This document shows, one piece after another, positions 15,939-32,479 of a stretch of 64,000 bases of DNA. The notes under the pieces are model-generated. The model saw nothing but the letters and a program-made list of their open reading frames with translations, made no database searches and was not told where the DNA came from. Numbering within the stretch: position 1 is the first letter of the stretch; each line of letters opens with the position of its first letter. Position numbers and translations under genes: made by a program. Location of the stretch: assembly GCA_009103225.1 (NCBI GenBank), contig RHPI01003261.1, positions 186,001-250,000 of the forward strand, given 5' to 3'. Origin of the DNA: Chlorokybus atmophyticus. Its lineage: Eukaryota > Plantae > Mesostigma and Chlorokybus algae.

Positions 15939-16465
15939 GCCACGTCTGCAGCGCCAGAGATCCCACAGCTCCGCGCGCCAACAGTAACATCTGACACCAC
16001 GGCCACGGTTTCATCAACACTGTCAAAGGTCACGCTGCCCGCGCCACGTGCTTTTGGCGCAATCCCACAGCGCTGCAGACCATGCATTCTTGTATGCAGT
16101 CCGCTGCCACCCCATCACTGCCATGCTCTCTGGATCTCTAAGATAATTTGCCACAATGAAAGTTGTGACGGCCCTCTCGGCGCGTTGTATCAGCTAGTTT
16201 GGTTGGATTTAGTGCACTCAAATGTCACGCAAATGGCCATGCATGGCCCTCAAACGCCAAGATCTCCGTGCCGGGGTCCGTGGCCATGCATGCATGGCCA
16301 CGATCTATGAACACTTTGACAAAACATGGTATTTTTTATTGTTGCATCCATTTGGGAGGTGCATGCGAGGATACGCAGAACCGGATTGGATTCTGTTGCA
16401 TTCCAGGCTACCTGCCTGGCATGCACCACTGCTTGCACTAAGCACAGGGAGAGCCTAGTATATAA
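15939..16465 (+). promoter_or_regulatory. Putative light-responsive promoter of ELIP: GCCAC (SORLIP1) cluster, G-box and TATA
   Basis: GCCAC at 15939, 16002, 16043, 16106, 16150 and 16297; CACGTG at 16045-16050; TATATAA at 16459-16465, ~120 bp upstream of the ATG. Confidence 0.45.
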
Positions 16466-16584
16466 CTGTCGCTACCGCGCACACTGGCATCATCAAGCAT
16501 TCCCAGCACCCTTACGTGTTCAGCATTCCTTAGCGCATACTACCATCTACCCTTTTCTCTCAAGTTCAGTCCAAGCTATCAACC

Positions 16585-17719
16585 ATGGCCGCAGTTCAGC
16601 AGGTGCATGCATGCCCTTGTCCAGCTCTTCGACTCCCCCTTGCCTTGCTGCTGGCTTACAGCGCCAACACAAGCCGTTTCTCAGCGACTAACAGTTGCCT
16701 GTGTCCTCCTCTCCAGGCAGTCTTCACACCGGTGTGCAGGGTGTCCTCCCCCTCCTCCGTCTCCTCCCGCCGCACGCTCGGCGCCCGCCCCGTCGCCAAG
16801 GCCCCCCGCCCAGCGCTGGTGCGCCAGGCGCGCAGCCTCACCGTCTACGCCAAGGTGAGGGGAGGGAGTGCGGTTGGAGTTTCCCTAGAGTGCATGCATG
16901 TGGAGAGAGAGTGGGTGGGTGTGAGGGGAACAGTGTTTGATGGTGGTTGGATCTCAGGATGACAAGTATGAGACGGACGTGCCCAACGCTGCTCAGGGCA
17001 AGCTCGGCCGCAACCCTCTGGAGGGCGCCTTCCCCAAGGTAAGTTGGCAGAGATGCGGCTATCTGTCTCTTCGTGTGATCGTACATGCGGTCACGCAGTT
17101 ATGGCAAGCATGCATCACTTGAATGAGGCACATGTCATGCCTGTCAAGCGCATCACCATTTTATTTTGACTCGTGTGACCCCCTTCTCTCAGCCCGGCAA
17201 CAGCCAGAGCACGGACATCACCACCCAGGAGGGTCTCGTCGAGCGCATCAACGGCCGCGCCGCCATGCTGGGTTTCGTGATCGCGATCGCGACGGAGCTC
17301 GCGACCAAGAAGTCCGTCGTGGCGCAGCTGACCGACTACCCGCTCGCCAAGTGGGGATTCCTCGCCGTGGCCGCGGTCACGATTATCGCGAGCCTGGCGC
17401 CGGCGACGACGGGAGTCACGGATGCCGATGCGCAGGATAAGGTGAGATAGGGATAGGGAGGTGTGAATACAAGCATGCGCACATGCGGATCGGATCCGCT
17501 GTGCGTGCACATGAACGCACGTACATGCACGCTGGCGTTCTCTCTTGTGAACTAGTGGTACAGCTTGAATGTCACTGACTTTGATGCCTGTGATGTGTTC
17601 AACAGTCTCCTGCTCCATTCAAGCCCCGCCGTGAGATTATCAATGGCCGATCTGCTATGATCGGTTTCGTGGCGCTGTTGGCAACTGAGGCCATCAAGGG
17701 TGGACCCCTGTTTGGTTAA
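16585..17719 (+). CDS. ELIP: Early light-induced protein (three-helix LHC-like, chlorophyll a/b-binding family), 5 coding exons
   Basis: 18-nt first exon MAAVQQ, Ser/Arg-rich transit peptide, two LHC motifs ERINGRAAMLGF and EIINGRSAMIGF with a middle hydrophobic helix; TAA at 17717-17719. Confidence 0.9.
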
Positions 17720-18969
17720 GCTGTGTTGTGAGAGACTTCCAACAGAAGTTACACCCCACTCCCGCCACCCACAACGGAGTTGTACCAGTAGTGTCTAAAT
17801 GCCGTGTACATATGGCTAGATTTTGATTTGTGAACAGAGACAGCTGCCTTAGAGCAGTAATGGAAAGATTTGACCACTACTTGATCTGTTGCATGTCAGT
17901 GACAACTGCTGTGCATGCTCGAACTGTGTACTGTGGCCAAGCAACATTATCCATGACTTGCAATAACAAGTATCATCACCCGCGAATGCATACGTAATCT
18001 GCCAACTGAAAGTGAATTTACCCTTGCCATTGCGTGAAATGCTGTGAAAAGATAAGAATCTCACCAAGCTAGCGAATATGGTGTTTCGCAACAAACTACT
18101 TGCTCTCTCTGCAACATTGACGTTGCCTGCTGTGCAAGTTGTCCTATGCTACATAAGTTGATAGCGTTTGGTAGGTCAACTCAAACCTTTGCCACGATAC
18201 TCTGCCATCTTAACTGAAGTTGCCCTTCAAACGCAGATCTACAATCCATACCCTAACAAATGAGATAGTAACCTGCATGGCGGTCCCCGCCCAGCGACAC
18301 CATCACCCATCTCCCTTGAATGTGCAACGCATTTTGGTATACATTTGGTTGACAAGTTGAGCAGACCTGATTGTCATGCACAAACAAACCAGAAATAGCT
18401 GGGCACATTACCGGCAGATATGCACGCCAGTCTTGTTGCCTTGCACCGCCTTTGCTGAGCCTGGAGTACGGTGCTGTGATCTATATAAATTGACTGGTTT
18501 GTTGATCGGTACATCCCTGCTGCCTGCCTTTGCTTGTATTCTTGTATTCCGCATTGAATAGTATGTAGCAAGCCCTGCCTGCCCTGCTGCTGTGTACAGC
18601 CTTGGCTGTATGAGTGTACAGGATATATATGACGCTGTCGTGTGTGCATACATCAATTGCCATCTATGCCTCATGCACGTGTACGCAAATAGCATGAATG
18701 GTGGGCTGAGAGCTGGATGTAGGGGCAGAGATATTCCTTCCTTCCCCGTCAAAGCCAGAGTACAGCCAACGCATACCACGCTCTTTTGCCATTTACAATG
18801 CAAGTACTCCAACCAAAACAGGTGCTAGCGTCTATACAAACCTATAGCACAGCAGCAGCTGTGTGGTAATGCAAAGATACCGAGGAGCCGTACATACCTC
18901 ACGCAGCCCCCAAAAGAATAGCAATATGGACAACCACATGCAAAAATACACGCTGAAGACAGTGAAAGC

Positions 18970-21900
18970 TCAGGCCTTCGCCTGCTGCCGGCTGGGCGCT
19001 TCAACTGCAGGTATGGCAACCGTTTCATCCTGCAGAAGTTCTGGACTCTCCTTTTTCTTGTTATCTTTATCATCCTCTTTGTCCTCATCCTCCTCGTCTG
19101 CCAGCTCCAAAATGTTCTCTATGCTGATCTTCCCATCTGCAAAGTAATTTCACATCAGCAACTGAGATACACCTCTCCGAAGCGTGTTCTAAATTGAGTC
19201 CCGCAGTCCTGCAAAGTCACACAGCTTGCGAATGTACATACCTATATCTTGATCAAGCTGCTCAATCAGGTCCGCAAGCTCTTCGTGATGAAGCGAGTCT
19301 CGAAGCGTTGTGATGGCTGCTGCCAATTCGTCTGGTGTGATCTTGCCGTCCTTGTCCCTGCACAGCCAAGCAGTCAACATGTGTGCCAAGGATTCTATGA
19401 GTCAGTGGGCACCATGAACGGCCATTGCGTGGACAACATGTGGGTGCATGGCCAAGATGGCCAACTAAGTGGCCACACAAAGGACTACCAGCTGCATTAG
19501 TCCGCAACCGAGTTTACCTGTCAAGCACGTGCAGCTTGTCCCCAATGCGCGAATCAACATTGTCCAGCTCCTTCTCTATATTGTGCAGCATGCCATTGAC
19601 CTGTGGGGTTGAAGCTCAATCGCTTTGTTGACGAATAAGTATATGCTTTCTTTCCTTACAAAACTTAGCAATCAGGAAAAGCAATGCCCTCAAGCGCACG
19701 TACCCTCTCGAGGAGTGCAGATGACGTGTCGTGTTCGCCGTCTTCCACTTGTCGTCTGTTGTAGTACTCAATCTGCGACCATGTGCCACTTCAGCTTAGC
19801 AATCAGGCGGATGTTGCATTTCAAAGCGGCACTATGTTGCAACAGCATCAGCCTTGACGACACATTCAGGCATGCTGACCTCCTTCTCGACAAGCTCAAT
19901 AAAGTCCTCGCGCTCCCTTGCCACAGACTGTGGACCATACAAGATCAGAAGCTTGCACAGGCAACATGCACGTAAGCCCTTTCCTCCCCCACTCCACCCC
20001 ACCCGATAAAGACACCACACAAAATATCGGGTTGTCAACGCACCGAAGAGGCTGCGAGGACAGCCAGCGCCCTGCTGATGTCGCGAATCTTCTCCTCCTT
20101 CTTGACAGCTTCCCGTGAGGCCCTTTCTTGCGGGGAGAGCAACTCCTCATCCTTGGTCCTCTCTGCAGCTGCAGCCGCTTCCAACTCAGGCAGCGGCAAC
20201 GCCTCCACAGCCTCTGCTTGCTCTTGCTTGAGCGCCTCCTCTTCCTCCAACTGTCATGCACATCATCCAACCGCCGTTGCAGCATACCCACGGCAACATC
20301 CGGAAAATCCACCAACACCATCACACCAGCGGCACTCATGACGAGTAATGACAGCAAACACATTCATGCGCAGCAAACACAGATATTATTACTCAAGGAC
20401 AATGAGTAGTTTTGTCCGGTAGTGTTCGCGTGAAGTGCCACGGAGGCCAGTCTGACCTAAGTGGGCGTCCGCGGTGTAGTGTACACAGTGCTAACCCTAA
20501 CAATCTGTTGTTACAATCAGCTAACCCTAGGACGGATTACAAAACTCAAATTGATGCAGAGATGCGCTCGAGCACCCCTCCATCAACCAATGAACCATAG
20601 AGCAGCTGTCAGCCACCGCAGTGACGCCAGCTGTCAATGTGGATGCAGACAATCATGCGAGGAGAAGGGAGGGCATTAGGAGAGGTTTGGAGGGCTGATG
20701 AAAGCAGAGAAGAACGATGTGAGAAGATGTTTGCGACTCAACAAATGCGCGTGTGACCCACAGGTAAATTCTGCTTGTGTGAAAGCCCAACACCTGAGTG
20801 GCAAATTTCTGCAAGACATACCTCAATCTTCTCACGCTGTCTCCGAAGATACTCTAGTCGCCGCTCAGGAGTAGCTTGTGAAGCAAGAACTTCCATGCCA
20901 ACATCCTTGAGCACCTCATCCGGCATAGATGACAGTGTTTCTTGTAGTGCGTGCATCGCCTCATCCGGCGTTACGCGCACGTTCCCTATCGTAAACGCTC
21001 GTGACATGATCAAGAGCGAAGACGGCAGCGCTCTGTTCAGTGAAAGGTCCAGCCAGTCCGCCAACTGCCAACCGACAACCCATATGCAAATCAATTTGCA
21101 CCGCATGACGAAGCCCCAAAGACTGCTGAATGTTGCAATAAACGGCGCACACCTGCTTCTCCATCTGCTCGGTGCTGACAGCGCTCCACCGCATGCCACG
21201 TGTTCTGCAAGCAGCTCGCAACTCCTCAGCGTTGAGGGAGTCTATGCCCTCGTGCTGAATCATTCGGTCATCGCGTTTGATCCTGCACCCATGCAATGAA
21301 AACGTTGATACGCAACATCTTGTATGGCGCACATGCACACGTATCTCATGCATTCGGTCAGCAATGAGCGGTTGAGTGTAGTGTTGAAAGGGTCTGAGAG
21401 TGACAGTCGTACCATTGCAACTTTGCGCGCAGCTGGTATCTTAAGAATGCATCTGAGCCAATTGATGGGACTCCCATGTACTTGCACATGCTCACAAGTT
21501 GGGGCCTGTAACACAAGGTACCAACTGATGTCAAGCAGCCATTGAATGGCCAGTGATGCACAACGACGATACGCACCTGCTGAGGTTGTCCAGGGTCAAC
21601 TCATCATTGAAAAGTTTCGAGAACTTGATAATCTCATCGTTAGAAACTGCTGATCCTGTTCTAACCTGCAGTGACATATGGTGATGATGAGCGCCATTCG
21701 TTAAAACAAGACTGCTAAGTGGTGAACCACGCAGCATACCTTGTTCATAAAAGAAGTAAACTCAGCTGCTGTGGAACTCAATTCTCCCGTACGATTTTGC
21801 TTGATGTCTTTGGCCATCTCTTCCAGGGTATCTTGCAAGAACTTAGCCATTTCCAACTTGACCACAACCTTTTTCCTCAAGTTCTCCTGATGTTGACAGA

Positions 21901-23615
21901 GGTCACATTGCTGCCACGTATGACAACACCATCAATTACAAAAACAACCTCACCTCCGCCTTCATAGAGTCCTGATAAGTTGACGGGAGCATGTTGGGGA
22001 AGAGGCGTAGCAAGAAAGGCAATGCAAGTTCCATAAAGGGGATAACAAGAATCACCACCATTGGCACCAATCGGAACACGTCAGCAACTGTTCGTGTCAA
22101 CTGGCGTTTCTCTCGCCTTGTCAATTGCTTCCCACGCAACACCTGTGGTTACACAGCATCAGCCGGATCCATTTATTACAAGGCTCAACGCCATCAAGTT
22201 GCTGCTAGACTTGAAGACGACCAAACTCACAAGCTCATTACTTGCCTTAAATGAAAGCTCTGATGCGATGCGAATGTCCCACCCAAGTAGTTTTGTGCCT
22301 GCCCAATAGTGCTGAGCCTCGCGCTTGGCTCCAGCCTTCAACTTCTGCCATGACTGTGCCCAGTCACTCCGACTCATGGTCGACAACGTTTTCAACCAGC
22401 CAGGAATTTTCAGCAGAAAGCGGGGTACTGCGAGTAGGATGTTGGTTGCAAGTTGTGCAACCTGCCAGCAGTAAATGTAGTCATGTACAGCACAACTATG
22501 TTATTCTGCTTCTGTGCTGCGTGTTGTAACACTGCCATGTAACCACTTGACGTCGTGTCTCTTGTGCGCGTGTTGCAAGCAGCAACAATGCTTTAGCCTA
22601 CCAATAATGCCTACTTTTATTAAGTAGTTTGGTTTAGCAGGTATATTACTATGATTACAAACTGGTGACTGTGAGAGAAATGCCAATTACCTGTCTGAAG
22701 CGGCCAAGCCACAATCGCTCCCCATAACGCGCCTTAAACCCATCCAGCGCTTTATTCCTGGCGGCCAGTAGCGAGTCGACAGCATCATCACACGCCTCGG
22801 GTGAAGAAAAGTCCACTTTGTACAACTTCGCGCCATCCGGTCTGCTGCCGCTGCCCTTGTCCTTTGACTTATCCTTATTGTTCGCGTCTGGCAATGTGAT
22901 CGGCAGCGGTAACGGAACTTCATGCGGACCTCTCACACTGATGTTCTGTGCTGCAGCTGCTGGACCGCCACTGGCATGCCGAACCTGTTGACAATGCATC
23001 TTACACTGTGTCGCTGCATACGTGTGATGTCCTATGACATGTTGTGACGCAGCAATAAGATGCAACGAGTGTAGGCGTTGGCCTGCACTCCTTAACCAAC
23101 CAAGCGATGGATCTGAAAGTGTAGATGATGCAATGTGCTCACACAACACACGTGCATGAATATGTCACCAAGCCATTGATCTCCCTCCCTTATGCATACA
23201 GTCAAGCTTCGACTATGCTGCCTAATCTGCCTACGTACAGGACAGCATTGGCTGTGGATTGAATAACTGGGGATGAGTACAAACGCATTGACAGCACAGC
23301 AATGACTGTCATAATGACGTACATACTGCTGCAGCATTTGCTATAAATGCCGCACTGGACTGCTAGAGAACTCACCAAATGAGGCAGCAAGCTGCCCGAA
23401 CCCTTCAAGCCGCTGCTGTGTAGTAGAAACGGAGACGCTGTGCTAAATGGCGAAACGCTGCTGGTGCCCAGCAGCTCCTGCCAACTGGCATTGGAGCTGC
23501 CCTCAACACGAATCAGCTGTCTGTACAGCGGTGAGACGCCCAACCCCGCTCCATGACGCGATCTCAAAGCCCGTCCAGCAGCCGCCGCAGCAGCAGCTGC
23601 CCTCCTTGAAGCCAT
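18970..23615 (-). CDS. LETM1: Mitochondrial LETM1 / EF-hand protein, multi-exon
   Basis: Arg/Ala-rich presequence MASRRAAAA..; HYWAGTKLL, LTRREKRQLTRTVADVFRLVPMVVILVIPFMELALPFLLRLFPNMLPSTY, FSKLFNDELTLDNLSR, IKRDDRMI..EELRAACRTRGM, WLDLSLNRALPSSLLIMSRAF; EF-hand DKDGKITPDEL; TGA at 18970-18972. Confidence 0.95.
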
Positions 23616-23814
23616 CTCCCTTTGAAGCTCCGCCCAACTGTATTACCTTACCTCCCAAGCCATTGGCAGAACAAGCGAGTTCTGTGTACCACCAGACTTC
23701 ACCCTTCAGACAAGGAGCAACACGAGAAGCACAAAGATGATGACGACGCCGTCGACGACAACGACGCCAGCAACCTCACGGCCTTCCTGCTGCTGGGTTA
23801 GTAGCAGAATGCCG

Positions 23815-23823
23815 AAACCCTAA
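23815..23823. promoter_or_regulatory. Telo-box (AAACCCTAA) upstream of LETM1
   Basis: Exact AAACCCTAA 200 bp upstream of the LETM1 ATG. Other copies at 43030 and 60365. Confidence 0.4.
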
Positions 23824-24111
23824 CTTATGACTTCCTACAATTGACCCCGACATCATTACACCAGAGCCAAGGCTTGCCGATATCAACGTGACGACACTCT
23901 ATACAGGCAATCTGAGACGTGCTTCAAGTCGCTAAAGTCGAGGCTAACTGGTTATTACGATCGATGCATGTAATTCTTGTGTTAGGGCTTGAACGGGTTG
24001 TTGGGTCAACATGTCCAGTCATGATGTCGCACGTGGGCGGTACGGACTGTGGCACTTTCTCGCGGCCTCGTGTCACGTGCCTGTGCGGAACCGCATCGCG
24101 TCATGTGCAAG

Positions 24112-24860
24112 TCAAGAGTCAAGATGCCTGGTGTTTGCGTGTTTCGCAACCAGAGCATCTCGGCTTGCACCTTGAGCCAGGCAGCTTGTCAACACAACCT
24201 GCTGTGTGTGTTGTGCGTTGTGCATGTGTAAAGCAACGAGATGCGAGTGCACATGCAAATGGCACAGCAATCTAGCACGCACTTAATAACATTTTTGATT
24301 TAAAAGAAGGCTCAGGTTAGCGCTCAACTACCAACAGCACTAGAACACGCTCGAGCACAACATAAGGATAGCAAACAATAAGACAGCAACTTGCGGAAGG
24401 CAGGAGGGGAAGGGGCGCAAGGGTGCAGGGGGAGCAGATGGGTAAACCACCTGTGCAGCAGAGCCGATCGCGTGAGTTGTTGGCACAAGCAGGACCAGGG
24501 CCAGCAGGACAACCATGACATATTGACGTTTGACTAGGTCCCCGCTTCTTGCTTGCGTCCATATACTTGCTACAACACAAGAACCAACGCCTGCAAGTGT
24601 TTGTTAGCAGCATGCGGTTGTGTGCCATTGGTCACACCGACTACTCCATTGCATGAGCATCATCACGATAACTTATAAGCATAATGTGTAGCATTGTGCA
24701 ATTCAGACGCATGGCAGCCCCATGACATACATGCGAGCAGGTTCTCTGCTTCCGCACTGCTTATTTTGGACCTCACCTGTACTTACCTGTCTAGCTGTTT
24801 AAGCTTTCCTTTGGATGAGGTGGTACATGTATGGATACGTTCCTCCAAAGATCACCCCTT
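24112..24860 (-). other. Unannotated spliced transcript, possibly encoding a ~50-aa secreted peptide
   Basis: Intron 24591-24786 with GTAAGT donor, CTAAC branch and TTGCAG acceptor; second intron 24199-24450. Spliced ORF MVVLLALVLLVPTTHAIGSAAQ|VVLTSCLAQGASRDALVAKHANTRHLDS*. The 5' end is approximate. Confidence 0.3.
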
Positions 24861-26500
24861 CTTGCCTCGACATGTACATGCATAGCACTCGCAACAGCTG
24901 CTGTGATAGTCCGGCGCCATCATAGCTGGTGCAGGGTTACAATGTCTTGCAGGAAGTGTAAGCTGTATGTGAATAACCGCAAGACCCTACAACATTGTGT
25001 GTATTTGTTGTCTTTTTCACAATCACACTGGCCTCTAATTGTCTTATGCTATGGTGTACATTTCATAGGTATTATGAGACTTACAATGTTTGGAACATTA
25101 ATACATTATCTTATGACAATGTTGGGTCTCGACCTAGTCGCTAGTCGTGAACACGCGTTATTTAAATGCTCATCTGTAAACATGCAAGAATCTTGCAGCA
25201 AGATGCAACTTGTAAGCAACATTGAATGTCTTGTTTGTACATACCAGATGCATCATACTTTGTTTATACAATAGTATTTGTTGATGGTCTCAGATTCCAA
25301 TAATAATAGGTTGATTACAGCAATGTGCATTATTACATTATCACAAGTCGACTATGTTACCGCCTCGTACATGCTTTTTCATACGCGCTAAGTTTGTTTC
25401 ATGCAATTCAAATAATACAGCAATTGCATCAAAAACTGTCGACCATATACATGATGTTTTACGATGATGACTGTTATGTACTCATATTATCAATATGTGC
25501 ATGCCAGTAACCATAAAAACACCTTTGAATGTTAAATATCATGTGTTATCAATGCACAATTAGTAGCATGTATCATTATGCATGCATACGATATTAAAGA
25601 TTATGCAAGGCCAATGGCAAGTAGATCACATACAGCACAAAACTAACCACAAATTTTACATGCATATTGTATAATCAGTTATACAATATGATACTTCCTT
25701 GAGCACGGTAGCATATGTATCAGCGCAGCTTAAAAAGTTGGTACATGTTGGCAGTAGCTTACTTTTGTTAAATACTGCAATGAGCGTGCTTGTGCTTGTT
25801 CCATGCGACGTATATTTTAAGAAGCTTTGTTAGCTTGTTATCTTCACTGAGCTTGATATTTGAAATGTTGCTCTTGCCTGTCTTTGTGTCTATTTTGCTG
25901 CTTGTGGTGTATTTGGATTGCTTCTTTGCCCTACGCCTTATACTTTATGATATAAGCCATATGTCAAAGGATTGTGCGACACATATCTCATGTAATTGCA
26001 TTATGCGTGCTTGATGCAAGTGTCTTTATTTAGAGATACACAAAAGGCTTATGTGCATTGTTGACCGTTCATACCTACACGTGTGATCACGTCTTTGACC
26101 TGTGTCAGGCACGGTGCCAAACATGATGCTGAGCAAACATATGTCCGCATGTCAGCATGTGAGGTTACAGTGTGTGCACTATTAATAACATGGGGTACTT
26201 CTGATCAGAAACGGATTGCTGGAAGCAATATGCTTACCAGGTTGACGCCCAACATGTCACAGTAGATATACAAAAATTTGCTAATATGTACATATACAAG
26301 CACCATGCAAAAGGAGTGTGTCCCCTTGCATGCAAACCATGGTATGTACAGAAAATGTGAGAGAGGTATGCCCATTCAGACCACACCTCGCATGCAACAC
26401 TCTGCAGAACACACTCACCTCGTTACTACATACGCGACCAATGGGCTACCTACTCTACTTCTACACCTACATCTGCGCCCCCCTGTGGACATGGCTTAAC

Positions 26501-26539
26501 ATTGTATGTAATATTGTATGTAATATTGTATGTAATATT
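26501..26539. repeat. 12-bp tandem repeat (ATTGTATGTAAT) x3.25
   Basis: Read directly from the sequence. Confidence 0.9.
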
Positions 26540-26800
26540 AGCGTTAGAGTATCATTACATACCTCACACACAGCTGCATAAAGCTGACTCCAGGACATGA
26601 TTACCTGCCTGTCCCCACTGAACCGCGTCCGCACAATCCATATAGGCATGGTGGCATGCCACCAGAATGTGTGTTGGCATTGCCACAGACTGATGCAATA
26701 TGTCTGCACCACGTTGCTGTGGTGTACCAATGTGCAGAATGTCTGCAAGTTACATTAAGTCAATCTGTATGTATCAACCTTGATGACCGGCCGCACAACC

Positions 26801-28522
26801 TCACAAAAGGCCAAACGTCTTCAGCACAAGATGGGTGTCCTCCAGGCCTGGCAGGACAACCGCTTTTTGCACGCTGCTCGCGTCCAACTCAGACTTGGAG
26901 AAAACGCCTGTTGTCAAGCCAAGCGCTGTCGCACCGGCCTTCTCTGCAGCGATGATGTCGTTTGGCTGTGCACCCAAGTCAACCACATGTAAGTATCACG
27001 CTATCACCCAACACATGATGATAAAGCTACGAGAATGGCTGAGTCTGCGAATGGCTGAGTCTGCACACTTGATCCTTACCGTGTCCCCGACATGCCATCT
27101 GTTGGTGATGGTCTTGTGGCTGAGCTTCTGAGCCCTTTGCAACGCGATCTTGACAAGCTCTGTTCTTTCAATGTGGTCTGAGCCGAACCCGCCAAAGTTC
27201 GGAACAGTGAAGTAGGGCTTTAAACCAAGCGCATCCATTTTCATCCATCCAATGTCTTGCAGGTTACCAGTAACCTGTGTGACACAAGCCGACAGTTAAC
27301 ACAAGCACTGCAGCATGACCAACAAATGACACTCCTAGTTGAACTGTTGACAGCACAAACAAAGCGCACCAGGCCAACATACACGTCCGGCAGTGTTGAC
27401 AGCTTTTCCAACAACTCTTTGACTCCAGGGAGGATTTCCAAGCCCTCCTCCACATGGCTGGAGTGAGAGTGTGCAAACTCGAGCATCTTGGCGCAGTATA
27501 TTGGCATCTTTGGCAACACATCCTGTCACCGGCAAGACCCTTGAGCAGCAACACAGCACACTTGATGTCGAGTTAGTAACAATGCGAGCATGTGCGTACC
27601 TCCTCCTTGAGGCCACGATGCTTAAGCACGTTCAGGGCTACCATTTGGTCTGTGCTGCCATGATGCTGCGGTTGGCACACCACGTCAGCTACATGTCGTC
27701 AGGGGGCTTATGTAAGCAGACTGGGACAAAGGCATTACCGAAATCTCATCTATGTCTGCGTCCAGGCCAAACACTTGCTGGAAGCCATACGTAAAGGCTC
27801 GCTTGTGAAACTTGTTGGCGTCTGCACCCACCGACTTGATAAGCTGCCAGCACAAAGCAACTGTGTCACTGATCTGTATAGCAGAAGCACAACAACGTAT
27901 GTTGTGTTTTTGCTATACGTGTTTCACTCTGAGCAGTGAGCAGGTGGGTTGGTGTCTTTGCTGGTCTGCAACTAGCGCATGACTATGTGCATTGCTGTCG
28001 CTCAACACTGCAGAATTGCAGAGCTCAACATGTGGAGTCAGGAACACTATACGTGTCTTGTAGCAGGATACGTGTCAAGTGCAGCGTCAGCAAACTCTAC
28101 TGCGCAGCGCTGTCTGTCTAGAAGACTTCAGTCCATATTCATACAGGACTCAAATTGATTTCGGCGCATATCTGCGAGCACCATGATCTTGGCACAACGT
28201 GACGCTTACGCAGTGCACCGAAATGAACAATGCATGCTTGGCAACGTGCTCGATTGACATCAACACATTGACGCCCTCACAGTTGCATGGCCCTCATTAA
28301 ATACATTGCCTTCTAAGCTGAACTGACCGTTCCGTCAACGTCAAAGGTGATGAGGGTGCTCATGGCACGGCCTTTGGGGCCCGCAGAGCCAGAGGCGGAG
28401 GCCGGAGCAGCAGCCCGTCGCACCGCAGTGCACCGCTGCACCACCTGGACTCTCCCACCAGCCACGCGCCCAGCAGCCACCGCCGCAGCGACCAGCCGCC
28501 GCCCGACCACACCAGCAGCCAT
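26801..28522 (-). CDS. HAD-superfamily hydrolase (phosphoglycolate-phosphatase-like) with organellar transit peptide, multi-exon
   Basis: Motif I LITFDVDGTL, motif II LVTGN, FGGFGSD, motif IV WHVGDTPNDI; Ala/Arg-rich N-terminus MAAGVVGRRLVAAA; TGA at 26801-26803. Confidence 0.9.
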
Positions 28523-28741
28523 ATGCGCAGCAACACTGCTCACAGTACTACTGCCATGCTGATGCCTAATGCAGAAGCACAGCGCTGCCCGGCTGTGGAA
28601 CTTCCTTGCTAACCGCAGCGCGTGTGCCTGCACTGAGCTCAGCATGTGAGCAAAAGTAGTGTGCTCGTCGTTGGCGTGGGCGGACGGCGAGGTGGCGTTG
28701 GCGGGAGTAGCAGCAGGGAAGGTGAACACAGCCTGGTCGTC

Positions 28742-31968
<3,227 letters not shown>

Positions 31969-32479
31969 GCCTGGCTGTTGTCATGCCTTGGACGATACTA
32001 CCATATGGCGTTGCAGTAAACAGATTTCTGTGTATGAAACAGCACAATTTGTGGCGTTGATTGTCTGTAATACCATGCCAAATGACCGCTGACCGGCGTT
32101 GCAATGGCGTTTCAGGCAGCAAGTGGAGTAACAGAAGCACCAGCAAGCAACTCAGCATGTGAGTCATGTACATAGGGCAGAAATATTCTGTTGAAAGGTT
32201 AAGGGTTGGGGAATAGTGTTGCTTTGAGAACATGGTGAAGTATAAAAGTGTACTTGTGTAATGATTACTGTAACGATGATTTTGTGAATGCTTTCTTGAT
32301 GAGAATCATGCGCGGCTACACTATGTTTGCAGTACATCCTTATGGTATCAAAGGCTTAATGCACATGTAGTAATCACTACTTTACGTTGTGTGCACATTA
32401 CAAGCAATAAAATTAATTAATCAGAGTATGGCACAACCGCCTGTTGATGATCCAGCCAGCCAGCCAGGTGAGTTGTATG

